From positions 1,536,001 through 1,600,000 of the forward strand of contig OZ241322.1 of assembly GCA_965199715.1 (NCBI GenBank): a DNA stretch of 64,000 nt. Direction: 5' to 3'. This document shows positions 28,585-37,121 of the stretch, one piece after another. Made by a program: the position numbers and the translations under genes. This DNA is from Vicinamibacteria bacterium. GTDB lineage: Bacteria > Acidobacteriota > Vicinamibacteria > Marinacidobacterales > Marinacidobacteraceae. The notes under the pieces were generated by a model that was not told the DNA's origin, made no database searches, and saw nothing but the letters and a program-made list of their open reading frames with translations. Every line of letters begins with the position of its first letter. Position 1 is the stretch's first letter.

Positions 28585-30999
28585 ATGTCGAGGAGACTCT
28601 CTCCCTTTCTTTCTTGTTGTTGTTGCGGGCTGGCCCTCGCCGCTCCCGCCGCAGCCCAGACCCTGACCGGGACCGTCGCCTTCGAGGCGAGCGGTGCGCC
28701 GGCCCGCTCCGCCGAGGTGGTCGTGCTCGAGACCGATCAGGTCACCCATACCGAGAGCGACGGCCGGTTCGAGATCGAGCTCGCCGAGCGGCTCGACGAG
28801 TACACCGTCCACGTGGAGCTCGCGTTCCACACCGCGCAGAACACCGTCGCCGTGGAGCCCGATCAGTCCATGATCGAGCTTCAGGTTCCCATCCTGCTCC
28901 GCCTCGGCCGCCTGCATGAGCGGGTGACCGTGAGCGCGTCGGCCAGCGCCGAGGCCCCGCTGGAGGCGTTCGGATCGCTGCACGCTCTTTCCGGCGTCGA
29001 GCTCCAGAACGTGCCCGCCCGCAATCTGGCCGAACTTCTCGAGGGCACGCCGGGAATCGCGATCCGCAGCTACGGACCCGGCGCCGCACGCCCGATCGTG
29101 CGCGGGTTCGACGGCGACCGCGTCCTCATCATGGAGGACGGCGTCGGCACCGGCGATCTTGGAAGCAACTCCGCCGACCACGGCGTGCCCGTGGATCCGC
29201 TCCAGGCGGAGCGGGTCGAGGTCGTGCGGGGGCCGGCGACGCTGCTCTACGGCTCGAACGCGATCGGCGGCGCGGTGAACGTGATCTCGATGGCGTCGCA
29301 CCTGTCGAACGGGCCCCCGCCGGGGTTCCGGGGACACGCCAACGTGGATTACTCGACGGCCGACGAGGGACGCCGGGGCGGCGCCCGGTTCCAGGCCGCC
29401 GGAAGCGGCTGGTTCGCTTGGGGCGGCGGAAACTCGAACCGCACCGGCGACTACGAGTCGCCGACCGGCGTGGTGCCCAACTCCGAGACCTCGATGGACC
29501 AGGGCGAGGCCGGATTGGGCGTCTTCGGCGACCGGGCGTGGTTCTCCGGCAGCGTCCGGATCGACGACTACAGCTACGGCGTCCCGTACGCCGGCGAGTT
29601 CCACGGTTCGCACGACCACCACGGGCACGGCGAGGAGATGGGCCATGACGACCACGGGCGCGACGAACGCATGGAGGAGGAAGGCCACGAGGAGGAGCTC
29701 CAGATCGACGTGACCATGAACCGCCGCCAGTTACGCTCGGATTTCGGCGTCCGCGAGCTCGGCGCGGTCTTCGACGAGGCCGAGCTCACCGTTCGGTATA
29801 GCGATTACGACCAGGACGAGGGGGAGCTGTTCGCCGGCGCGACGGAAGAGGTCCTCGCCACGCACTTCGACAACCGCTCGCTCGTCCTCCGGGGCGAGCT
29901 CAAGAAGCCCGCCGGCCGCTGGACCAGCCGGGTCGGGCTGTGGAGCCACTTCCGCGAATACCAGGCGTCGGGGGAGGAATCGCTCGCGCCGAAGACGCGG
30001 CAGAATGCCTTCGCGGCCTTCGCCTACAACGAGTTCGAGACCAACGACCGGCTCTCGTTCCTCATCGGCGCGCGACTGGGGCGCAACGCCTACGACCCCG
30101 AGGCTCGGGTCGAGTCGGATGGGCATGGTCGTGAAGAGGCGGTGGAGGAAGGCCACGAGGGGCACGACCACGGCCATGACCACGGGCACGAGGAGGAAGA
30201 GGCGCACGAAGAGGAGCGCGAAGCCCCGGCGCCCATCGACCGGGACTTCATCGCCGTCTCCGGCAGCGCCGGGGCCCGCCTGTCGCTGACCGACGACACC
30301 GCGCTGGTCGGCACCGCCAGCCTCTCGACCCGCGCGCCCTCGATCGAGGAGCTCTACAACTTCGGCCTCCACGGCGGGACCCGGTCCTTCGACATCGGGA
30401 ACCCGAGCCTCGACCCCGAGCGGTCGCTCGGCCTCGAACTGGGCCTGCGCCACAGCTCGGACATGTTCTCCGGCAGCGCGAGCTTCTTCCGCTACGACAT
30501 CGCCGACTTCATCTTCGGCGTGGACACGGGGGAACGGGTGGAAGGACTCTCCGTGCTCCGGTTCTTGCAGTCGGACGCCGTCTATCAGGGATACGAGGTG
30601 GAGGGGCACGCCGACCTCGGGCCGGCGGAGCTCGTGGCGAACGCCTCCTACGTGGACGCGACGCTCACCCAGACCGACGAGAGCGCACCGCGCATCCCGC
30701 CGCTCCAGGGCCAGTTGCGGCTCGACGTGCCCTTCGGCGAACTCCGGCTCTCGCCCCGGCTTCGCTGGGCGTCTCGCATGGACCGGCTCTACCGGAACGA
30801 GGAGGCGACCGACGGCTACGCGGTGTTCGACTTCACGGCGTCGTACGTGATCGTCACCGGAAGCGCCGTCTCGAACATCTCGCTGCGGGCCTACAACGTC
30901 ACCGACGCCGAGTACCGGTTCCACACCTCGCTCATCAAGGATCTCGCCCCGCAGATGGGCCGCGGGTTCCGGATCAGCTATTCGATCCAGTTCTTCTAG
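28585..30999 (+). CDS. TonB-dependent receptor, ZnuD-like with His/Glu-rich loops (copy 2)
   Basis: RPIVRGFDGDRV, EVVRGPATLLYGSNAIGGAVN, loops HGSHDHHGHG and GHEGHDHGHDHGHE, terminal YSIQFF. Confidence 0.92.
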   Translation: MSRRLSPFLSCCCCGLALAAPAAAQTLTGTVAFEASGAPARSAEVVVLETDQVTHTESDGRFEIELAERLDEYTVHVELAFHTAQNTVAVEPDQSMIELQVPILLRLGRLHERVTVSASASAEAPLEAFGSLHALSGVELQNVPARNLAELLEGTPGIAIRSYGPGAARPIVRGFDGDRVLIMEDGVGTGDLGSNSADHGVPVDPLQAERVEVVRGPATLLYGSNAIGGAVNVISMASHLSNGPPPGFRGHANVDYSTADEGRRGGARFQAAGSGWFAWGGGNSNRTGDYESPTGVVPNSETSMDQGEAGLGVFGDRAWFSGSVRIDDYSYGVPYAGEFHGSHDHHGHGEEMGHDDHGRDERMEEEGHEEELQIDVTMNRRQLRSDFGVRELGAVFDEAELTVRYSDYDQDEGELFAGATEEVLATHFDNRSLVLRGELKKPAGRWTSRVGLWSHFREYQASGEESLAPKTRQNAFAAFAYNEFETNDRLSFLIGARLGRNAYDPEARVESDGHGREEAVEEGHEGHDHGHDHGHEEEEAHEEEREAPAPIDRDFIAVSGSAGARLSLTDDTALVGTASLSTRAPSIEELYNFGLHGGTRSFDIGNPSLDPERSLGLELGLRHSSDMFSGSASFFRYDIADFIFGVDTGERVEGLSVLRFLQSDAVYQGYEVEGHADLGPAELVANASYVDATLTQTDESAPRIPPLQGQLRLDVPFGELRLSPRLRWASRMDRLYRNEEATDGYAVFDFTASYVIVTGSAVSNISLRAYNVTDAEYRFHTSLIKDLAPQMGRGFRISYSIQFF

Positions 31000-31008
31000 G
31001 GGGTCGCC

Positions 31009-31037
31009 GGGCGGCGGGGCTCCGGCTCCCGCCGTCC
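31009..31037 (+). terminator. GC-rich hairpin after receptor 2 (possible terminator, no U tract)
   Basis: GGGCGGCGGG..CCCGCCGTCC inverted repeat 10 nt after the stop codon. Confidence 0.4.
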
Positions 31038-31045
31038 ACCGATGG

Positions 31046-31054
31046 TGCTAGCAT
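31046..31054 (+). promoter_or_regulatory. extended -10 promoter TGCTAGCAT of leader peptide 2
   Basis: 11 nt before ATG 31066, matches the 28208 element. Confidence 0.6.
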
Positions 31055-31065
31055 CGCCGGACGCC

Positions 31066-31314
31066 ATGGCTCGGTCGGTTCGGTTCGTCGTCTTGGGGGT
31101 CGTGGCTTGCCTGCTGGTCGCCGCGCCCCTCGCGCTCGCCCTGCACGACCACGCGGAGTCGCGCTGCCACGGCTGCGAGACGCCGTCGGCGTCGGCGGTC
31201 GAGGCCCCGCCCGGCCTCGCGCCCGCGCCCGAGGCCGGCGAGCGCCCGGAACGCAATGTCCAGGCTCCCGCCCCTCCCGCAAACTCCCGGAATCCGCGCG
31301 CGCCGCCGGCCTGA
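31066..31314 (+). CDS. secreted leader/arrest peptide with HxH, CxxC and C-terminal RAPP (CruR/CutF/DUF2946-like), 82 aa
   Basis: MARSVRFVVLGVVACLLVAAPLALA-LHDHAESRCHGC...NPRAPPA*. Confidence 0.85.
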   Translation: MARSVRFVVLGVVACLLVAAPLALALHDHAESRCHGCETPSASAVEAPPGLAPAPEAGERPERNVQAPAPPANSRNPRAPPA

Positions 31315-31356
31315 GGGCCGGCGATCCTGCGTTCGGGAGCGGAATGCCCCGCCCGC

Positions 31357-31394
31357 GGGCCTTCCTTCCCTTTCGAGAGCGCCCGGAGGTGCCC
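31357..31394 (+). promoter_or_regulatory. putative SD-sequestering hairpin of TonB receptor 3
   Basis: GGGCCTTCC (31357-31365) can pair with GGAGGTGCCC (31385-31394), covering the SD of ATG 31397. Confidence 0.6.
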
Positions 31395-31396
31395 TC

Positions 31397-33748
31397 ATGT
31401 CGCGAACGACCCTTCTCCTTGCGTGCGCCCTCGCGCTGACCGGCGGCGCCGCCGCCCAGACCATCTCCGGAAGCGTCGTGATCGGCGCGAACAGGGAACC
31501 GGCGCACGGCGCCGAGGTCGCGGTGATCGAGACGAACCAGCTCGCCCACACCGGCGAAGACGGCCGATTCGAGATCGAGCTCGCCGAGCGGCATGACGAC
31601 GTCACGCTTCACGTGGAACTGGGATTCCTCGCCGCGAACCACAGCGTCGTCACGGCGGGCCAGGACATGGTCGAGATCGAGGGCTCCATCGTGCTCCACG
31701 CCGGCCACCGCCACGAGCAGGTGACGGTGAGCGCGTCGGCCCGCGACGTCGTTCCGCTCGAGGCGTTCGGGTCCCTGCACGCCCTCTCCGGGCTCGAGCT
31801 CCAGCACGTTCCGGCCCGCAACGTGGCGGAGCTGCTGGAAGGCACGCCCGGCGTGGCGGTGCGCAGCTTCGGTCCCGGTTCGGCCCGCCCGATCGTGCGC
31901 GGGTTCGACGGGGACCGGGTCCTCGTCATGGAGGACGGAATCCGCACCGGGGATCTCGCGAGCCAGTCGGCGGACCACGGCGTGCCGGTGGACCCCCTCC
32001 AGGCGGAGCGGGTCGAGGTCGTGCGGGGGCCGGCGACGCTGCTCTACGGGTCCAACGCGATCGGCGGCGCGGTGAACGTGATCTCGATGGCGTCGCACCT
32101 CGCGCACGGGCCGCCGCCGGGATTCCGGGGACAGGCCAACGTGGACTACTCCACCGCCGACGAGGGCCGGCGCGCCGGCGCCCGGTTCCAGGCCTCCGGG
32201 CACGGCTGGTTCGCCTGGGGCGGCGGCAACTCGAGCCGCACCGGCGACTACGAGTCGCCGACCGGCGTCGTCGAGAACACGCACAGCGCGATGGACCAGG
32301 GCGAGGCCGGGTTCGGGCTCTTCGGCGACCGGGCGTGGTTCTCCGGCAGCGTCCGGATCGACGACTCGCGCTACGGGGTCCCGTTCGCCGGGGAGTTCCA
32401 CGCCGCGCACGAGGGCGACGACGGTCACGACCACGGCCACGGGCACGACCATGGGGACGAAGAAGCGGAGGAGGAGCTTCTGGTGGACGTGACCATGGAG
32501 CGGCGGCAGTTCCGCACCGACTTCGGCCTGCGGGAGCTGGGCGCGGTCTTCGAGGAGGCCGAGTTCACCGTGCGGTACAGCGACTACGACCAGGACGAGA
32601 TCGAGGAATTCGTCGCGACCGGGGAGGAGATCACCGCCACCCACTTCGACAACCGCTCGCTCGTCGTGCGGGGCGAGCTCAAGAAGCCCACCGGCCGCTG
32701 GACCAGCCGCGTCGGGATGTGGGGCAACTTCCGCGACTACGAGGCCGCCGGACACGAGGCGCTCGCGCCGAGGACCCGCCAGAACGTCCTCGCGGCCTTC
32801 GCCTACAACGAGTTGGAGACTTCGGACCGGCTCACGTTCCTCCTCGGCGGGCGCGTCGCGCGCAACGCCTACGACACCGAGGACCGCGCCGAGGCCGACC
32901 ACGCCGAGGAAGAGGAGACCGGCCACGAGGGACACGATCACGGCCACGGCCACGGCGAGGAAGAAGAGGAGGAGGCCCCGCCGGTCCGGGACCGGGACTT
33001 CCTCGCGGTCTCGGGCAGCGCCGGCGCCCGCCTCTCGCTGGCCGACGAAACCGCGCTGGTCGGCACGGCGAGCCTCTCGACCCGCGCGCCCTCGCTGGAG
33101 GAGCTCTACAACTTCGGCCCCCACGTCGGGAACCTCGCCTTCGAGATCGGCAACGCGAACCTCGACTCCGAGCAGTCGCTCGGCTTCGAGCTGGGCCTGC
33201 GCCACAGCTCGGACCGGTTCACCGGCAGCGCGAGCTTCTTCCGCTACGACATCGCCGACTTCATCTACGGCGTGGACACCGGCGAACGCGACGGCCTCCG
33301 GGTGCTCCAGTTCCTGCAGGGGGACGCCGTCTATCAGGGATACGAGGTGGAGGGGCACGCCGATCTCGGGCCGGCGGAGCTCGTGGCGAACGCTTCCTAC
33401 GTGGACGCGAAGCTCACCCAGACCGACGAGAGCGCACCGCGCATCCCGCCGCTCCAGGGCCAGTTGCGGCTCGACGTGCCCTTCGGCGAACTCCGGCTCT
33501 CGCCCCGGATGCGCTGGGCGGCCCGCATGAACCGGCTCTACGGCGTCGAGACCCCGACCGACGGCTACGCGGTGTTCGACTTCACCGCCTCCTACGTGAT
33601 CGTGAGCGCCCACACCGTCTCGAACATCTCGCTTCGGGCCTCCAACCTCACCGACGCCGACTACCGCTTCCACACCTCGCTCATCAAGGACTTCACCCCG
33701 AACGCGGGGCGCGGGTTCCAGATCAGCTACTCGATCCGGTTCTTCTGA
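31397..33748 (+). CDS. TonB-dependent receptor, ZnuD-like with His/Glu-rich loops (copy 3)
   Basis: close paralog of copy 2; loops GHDHGHGHDHG and GHEGHDHGHGHG; terminal YSIRFF. Confidence 0.92.
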   Translation: MSRTTLLLACALALTGGAAAQTISGSVVIGANREPAHGAEVAVIETNQLAHTGEDGRFEIELAERHDDVTLHVELGFLAANHSVVTAGQDMVEIEGSIVLHAGHRHEQVTVSASARDVVPLEAFGSLHALSGLELQHVPARNVAELLEGTPGVAVRSFGPGSARPIVRGFDGDRVLVMEDGIRTGDLASQSADHGVPVDPLQAERVEVVRGPATLLYGSNAIGGAVNVISMASHLAHGPPPGFRGQANVDYSTADEGRRAGARFQASGHGWFAWGGGNSSRTGDYESPTGVVENTHSAMDQGEAGFGLFGDRAWFSGSVRIDDSRYGVPFAGEFHAAHEGDDGHDHGHGHDHGDEEAEEELLVDVTMERRQFRTDFGLRELGAVFEEAEFTVRYSDYDQDEIEEFVATGEEITATHFDNRSLVVRGELKKPTGRWTSRVGMWGNFRDYEAAGHEALAPRTRQNVLAAFAYNELETSDRLTFLLGGRVARNAYDTEDRAEADHAEEEETGHEGHDHGHGHGEEEEEEAPPVRDRDFLAVSGSAGARLSLADETALVGTASLSTRAPSLEELYNFGPHVGNLAFEIGNANLDSEQSLGFELGLRHSSDRFTGSASFFRYDIADFIYGVDTGERDGLRVLQFLQGDAVYQGYEVEGHADLGPAELVANASYVDAKLTQTDESAPRIPPLQGQLRLDVPFGELRLSPRMRWAARMNRLYGVETPTDGYAVFDFTASYVIVSAHTVSNISLRASNLTDADYRFHTSLIKDFTPNAGRGFQISYSIRFF

Positions 33749-33818
33749 CGTGCGGCGCCTGACGCGCTCCGGCCAGGGTTCTCCGCAGAGAACCGACCAG
33801 AGCGCGGAGGGCGTCGTC

Positions 33819-34126
33819 GTGTTGCGAGGGCTGTTATTTCTTTCCTGCGGTCTGGCGCTCGCCGGCTCCGCCGTCGCCCGGACCGTCTCCGGAACCGTCG
33901 TCATCGAGGCGATCGGAGAACACGCCCACGCCGCGGAGGTGGTCGTCGTCGAGACCGGTCAGGTCGCCCACACCGACCACCACGGCCGGTTCGAGATCGA
34001 GCGCTCGGAGCGGGTCGGCGAGGTCACTTCGACGTGGCGCGCCCGACCAGGACATGGTCGAACTCGAAGAGCCGATCGTGCTTCACGTCGGCTGCCGGGG
34101 CGTCTCCGCTGGAGGCGTTCGGATCG
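33819..34126 (+). pseudogene. truncated, frameshifted fourth copy of the ZnuD-like receptor
   Basis: signal peptide + AEVVVVETGQVAHTDHHGRFEIE, then QDMVELEEPIVLH and SPLEAFGS in other frames, then abrupt end. Confidence 0.8.
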
Positions 34127-34760
34127 GTGTTGAACGTGAACGCCGGCCGCTGCCCGCCGCGCTGCTCCCCGAAGAAGGGGTTGTTGAAGTCCGCGCCGTC
34201 CACGATGAAGCTGTTGAAGATGCCGCGCTGGCCGTTGATGTTCAGCCCGTACCCGTCCGGCCCCTGCGAGACCGCGGCGCCCGGAATCAGCAGCGTCGGG
34301 TCGAGGAAGTTGCGGCCGTTGCTCGGCACCGCGTCCACGATTTCTTCCCTCAGGCGCTGCGAGCGCGTGACGCCGGTGGTCTCGGTCGGCGCCTTAAGCT
34401 CGCCGAACACGGTCACCGTGTCGGACGTCACAACCCGCAGCGTGAGGTGCAGGTCGAGCATCTCGCCGACCCGCAGGATCGCTCCCTCGATCCGCTCGGT
34501 CCCGTAGTTCGGATCCGGCGGAGCGACGGTCGGTCGTAGGTTCCCGGCGGCAGCAGCGACCGGGCGAATGCGCCCGACCGGCCGGTCTCCACCGTGGTCG
34601 AGAGGTCGGTCTCCCGGTGGCGGATCAGGATCGTCGCGCCCGGAACCACGTCGCCGACGGGATCCGCGACCTCGCCCCGGATCACGCCGGTCGTGGCGCC
34701 GGCCTGGCCCGCGGCTTCGGCGGCGGGAACGAGCGCGAGCACGAATGACAGCTTCCGCAT
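34126..34760 (-). pseudogene. 5' remnant of an Oar-like TonB-dependent receptor
   Basis: TTGVIRGEVADPVG..VPGATI..LPPGTY, frameshift, then VPSNGRNFLD..INGQRG..VDGADFNNPFFG; barrel absent. Confidence 0.8.
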
Positions 34761-34798
34761 GAGGCGGGGATTATGGTCCTGCGGGTAGAGTCAGCCGC

Positions 34799-35932
34799 AT
34801 GAGCAAGATGTCGCGACGCAGCGTTCTGTCGGCCGGGGTCGGGATGGGAGTTCTCGGTCCCTTTCGGGCGCCGGCCGCGCCCACGCTGGCCACCGCGTCC
34901 AACCGGGTGCGGATGACCGGCGACGGGCTCGGGCTGAGCGTCGTCGAGCAGGCGCGGCTCTTGGCCGAGCTCGCGAAGGACGGCGGCGTCGCCCGCGATT
35001 CGTACTCGAACGGCGGCGTCGTGGAGGAGCTCGAACGCGCGTTCGCGACGGCGCTCGGGAAGGAGCGGGCGGTGTTCCTGCCGACGGGCACGCTCGCGAA
35101 CCACCTCGCCGTGCGTACGCTCGCCGGACCCGGAAACGGGCGGGCGGTCGTCCAGGCGGAGAGCCACCTCTACAACGACACGGGCGACTGCGTCCAGACG
35201 CTGAGCGCGACTCCGCTCGTCCCGCTCGCGCCCGGCCGCGCGACGTTCGCGCTCGAGGAGCTTCAGGAGACCGTCGGGCGCACCCGGGGCGGGCGCGTGC
35301 GGCGACCGGTGTCCGTCGTATCCATCGAGACTCCGGTCCGCCGCCGGTCGGGCGAGGCGTTCGACCCGGCCGAGATGGACCGGGTGACCGCGTTCGCCCG
35401 CGGGGAGGGGATCCGGCTCCACCTCGACGGCGCCCGCCTCTTCCTCCAGGCCGCCGTCGCCGGCGTGGACGTGAGGGACATCGCGCGCCCGTTCGACACC
35501 GTGTACGTGTCGCTCTACAAATACTTCAACGCTCCGTCGGGGGCGATCCTCGCCGGTCCGGCGGAGCTCCTCGACGAGCTCTTCCACGAGCGGCGGATGT
35601 TCGGCTCGGGCCTTCCGGCGGCCTGGCCGTTCGCGGCGATCCCGCTCCACTACCTGCCCGGTTTCGATGAGCGCTTCCGTGCGGCGCTCCAGGTCGCCGG
35701 AGCGTTCCGTCGCAAGCTCGGCCCGCCGTTCCGGGTCGAGCTCGCGAAGGGCGCGACGAACCTGTTCCGGCTCCATGTCCCCGGGGATCCCGCCGCCTTC
35801 CGCGAGCGCCTCGGCAAGGCCGAGGTCGATCTGGGGTCGCCGCGCGAGGACGGGAGCTTCCTCGTCGCGGTCAACGAGACCTGGAACCGCGCCGACGATC
35901 TCGCCGAGCGCTTCCGGGCGGCGCTTACCTGA
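34799..35932 (+). CDS. threonine aldolase family PLP enzyme with Tat-like signal
   Basis: PTGTLAN, HLDGARL, SLYK (PLP lysine); N-terminal SRRSVL. Confidence 0.82.
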   Translation: MSKMSRRSVLSAGVGMGVLGPFRAPAAPTLATASNRVRMTGDGLGLSVVEQARLLAELAKDGGVARDSYSNGGVVEELERAFATALGKERAVFLPTGTLANHLAVRTLAGPGNGRAVVQAESHLYNDTGDCVQTLSATPLVPLAPGRATFALEELQETVGRTRGGRVRRPVSVVSIETPVRRRSGEAFDPAEMDRVTAFARGEGIRLHLDGARLFLQAAVAGVDVRDIARPFDTVYVSLYKYFNAPSGAILAGPAELLDELFHERRMFGSGLPAAWPFAAIPLHYLPGFDERFRAALQVAGAFRRKLGPPFRVELAKGATNLFRLHVPGDPAAFRERLGKAEVDLGSPREDGSFLVAVNETWNRADDLAERFRAALT

Positions 35933-37121
35933 CGATCCGGCCCCGGGCCATCGCGAGCCGCACCCGCCCCAGCGCGCGGACATCCCGGCTGGGGTCGCCC
36001 TCGACGACGACGAGGTCCGCGACGTAGCCCGGCGCGAGCGTCCCGATCTCGTCGCCGAGGCCGAGCGACTCGGCGGCTAGCGAGGTGAGGCTCACCACGA
36101 GATCCCCGGGGTCCTGCCCGCCCCGCTCCACCCGGGCGAACGCCTCGCGGGCGTTGTGGCCGTGTGCTCCGGCGACCGCGTCCGTCCCGAAGACCACTCG
36201 CAGCCCGTCGGTCGCGAGCGCGGTCCGGAACACGTCCATCCGGCCCTCGAGGTTCTCCTCCATCAGCCGGAACCCCTCCTCGGTGTAGTTCCCGATCCCC
36301 AGGTATCGCTCCTTGTTCTCGAGGTAATTCGCGACGATGAGGTACGTGTTCGGGTCGAAGAAGAGCCCCTCCTCGGCGAGAAGCTCGAGCGTCGCCGGGT
36401 CCAGCAGCGATCCGTGCTCGATCGTGGTGCATCCGGCCCGGGCGGCGCGGGTCGCGCTCACCGGGCCGTGGGCATGGACGAGCGTCCGCAGCCCGCGCTC
36501 CCTCGCCGCGCCGCAGGCGGCTTCGAGCTGCTCCGCCGACAGGGTGGGGCCGCCGCCGTCGCGGCTGCTCTCGGACGCGAAGATCTTGATCGCGTCGGCT
36601 CCGAGGTCAGCGAGCCGATGCGCCTCGGCGGCGAGCTCGTCCGGGCCTCCGGTTCGCGCCGCGAGGCTCCCGAGCGAGCTCAGGATGCGGGGACCGGGAA
36701 CCCGCCCCCGCCGGATCGCGTCGCGGACCGGTCCGTCCACCGGATCGCCGAGGCTCTGGACCGTCGTGAAGCCGGCCTCCAGCATCAGCATCCCGTTTTC
36801 CACCGCGTGAACCGCGGCGGCCGCGGGCGAAGCGCCCCGCGCCAGCCGTCCCTCCCCGTCGAAATGCCAGCTCAGGTGGACGTGCGTGTCGATGAAGCCG
36901 GGGAGGATCGTCCCGCCGGGGAAGTCGAGCGTCGCGTCCGGCAGTTCCGAGCGCGGCGCAACCGCGACGATCCGCCCGTCCCGGACCATCACCCCGTGGT
37001 CCTCGAGGACGCCGCCGCGCCCGTCGAGCACGCGGTCGGCGGCGATGACCGCCGTCCCCGGAGGAGCCGGCTCGCCGCAGCTCGCGGCGAGGAGGAGAAC
37101 GAGCGCCCGGAGGCGGCTCAA
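35925..37121 (-). CDS. amidohydrolase family lipoprotein (paralog 2)
   Basis: LAASC lipobox, PGFIDTHVH, HAHG, IEHG, FGTDA; colinear with 7946-9139. Confidence 0.88.
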   Translation of the reverse strand: MSRLRALVLLLAASCGEPAPPGTAVIAADRVLDGRGGVLEDHGVMVRDGRIVAVAPRSELPDATLDFPGGTILPGFIDTHVHLSWHFDGEGRLARGASPAAAAVHAVENGMLMLEAGFTTVQSLGDPVDGPVRDAIRRGRVPGPRILSSLGSLAARTGGPDELAAEAHRLADLGADAIKIFASESSRDGGGPTLSAEQLEAACGAARERGLRTLVHAHGPVSATRAARAGCTTIEHGSLLDPATLELLAEEGLFFDPNTYLIVANYLENKERYLGIGNYTEEGFRLMEENLEGRMDVFRTALATDGLRVVFGTDAVAGAHGHNAREAFARVERGGQDPGDLVVSLTSLAAESLGLGDEIGTLAPGYVADLVVVEGDPSRDVRALGRVRLAMARGRIVR

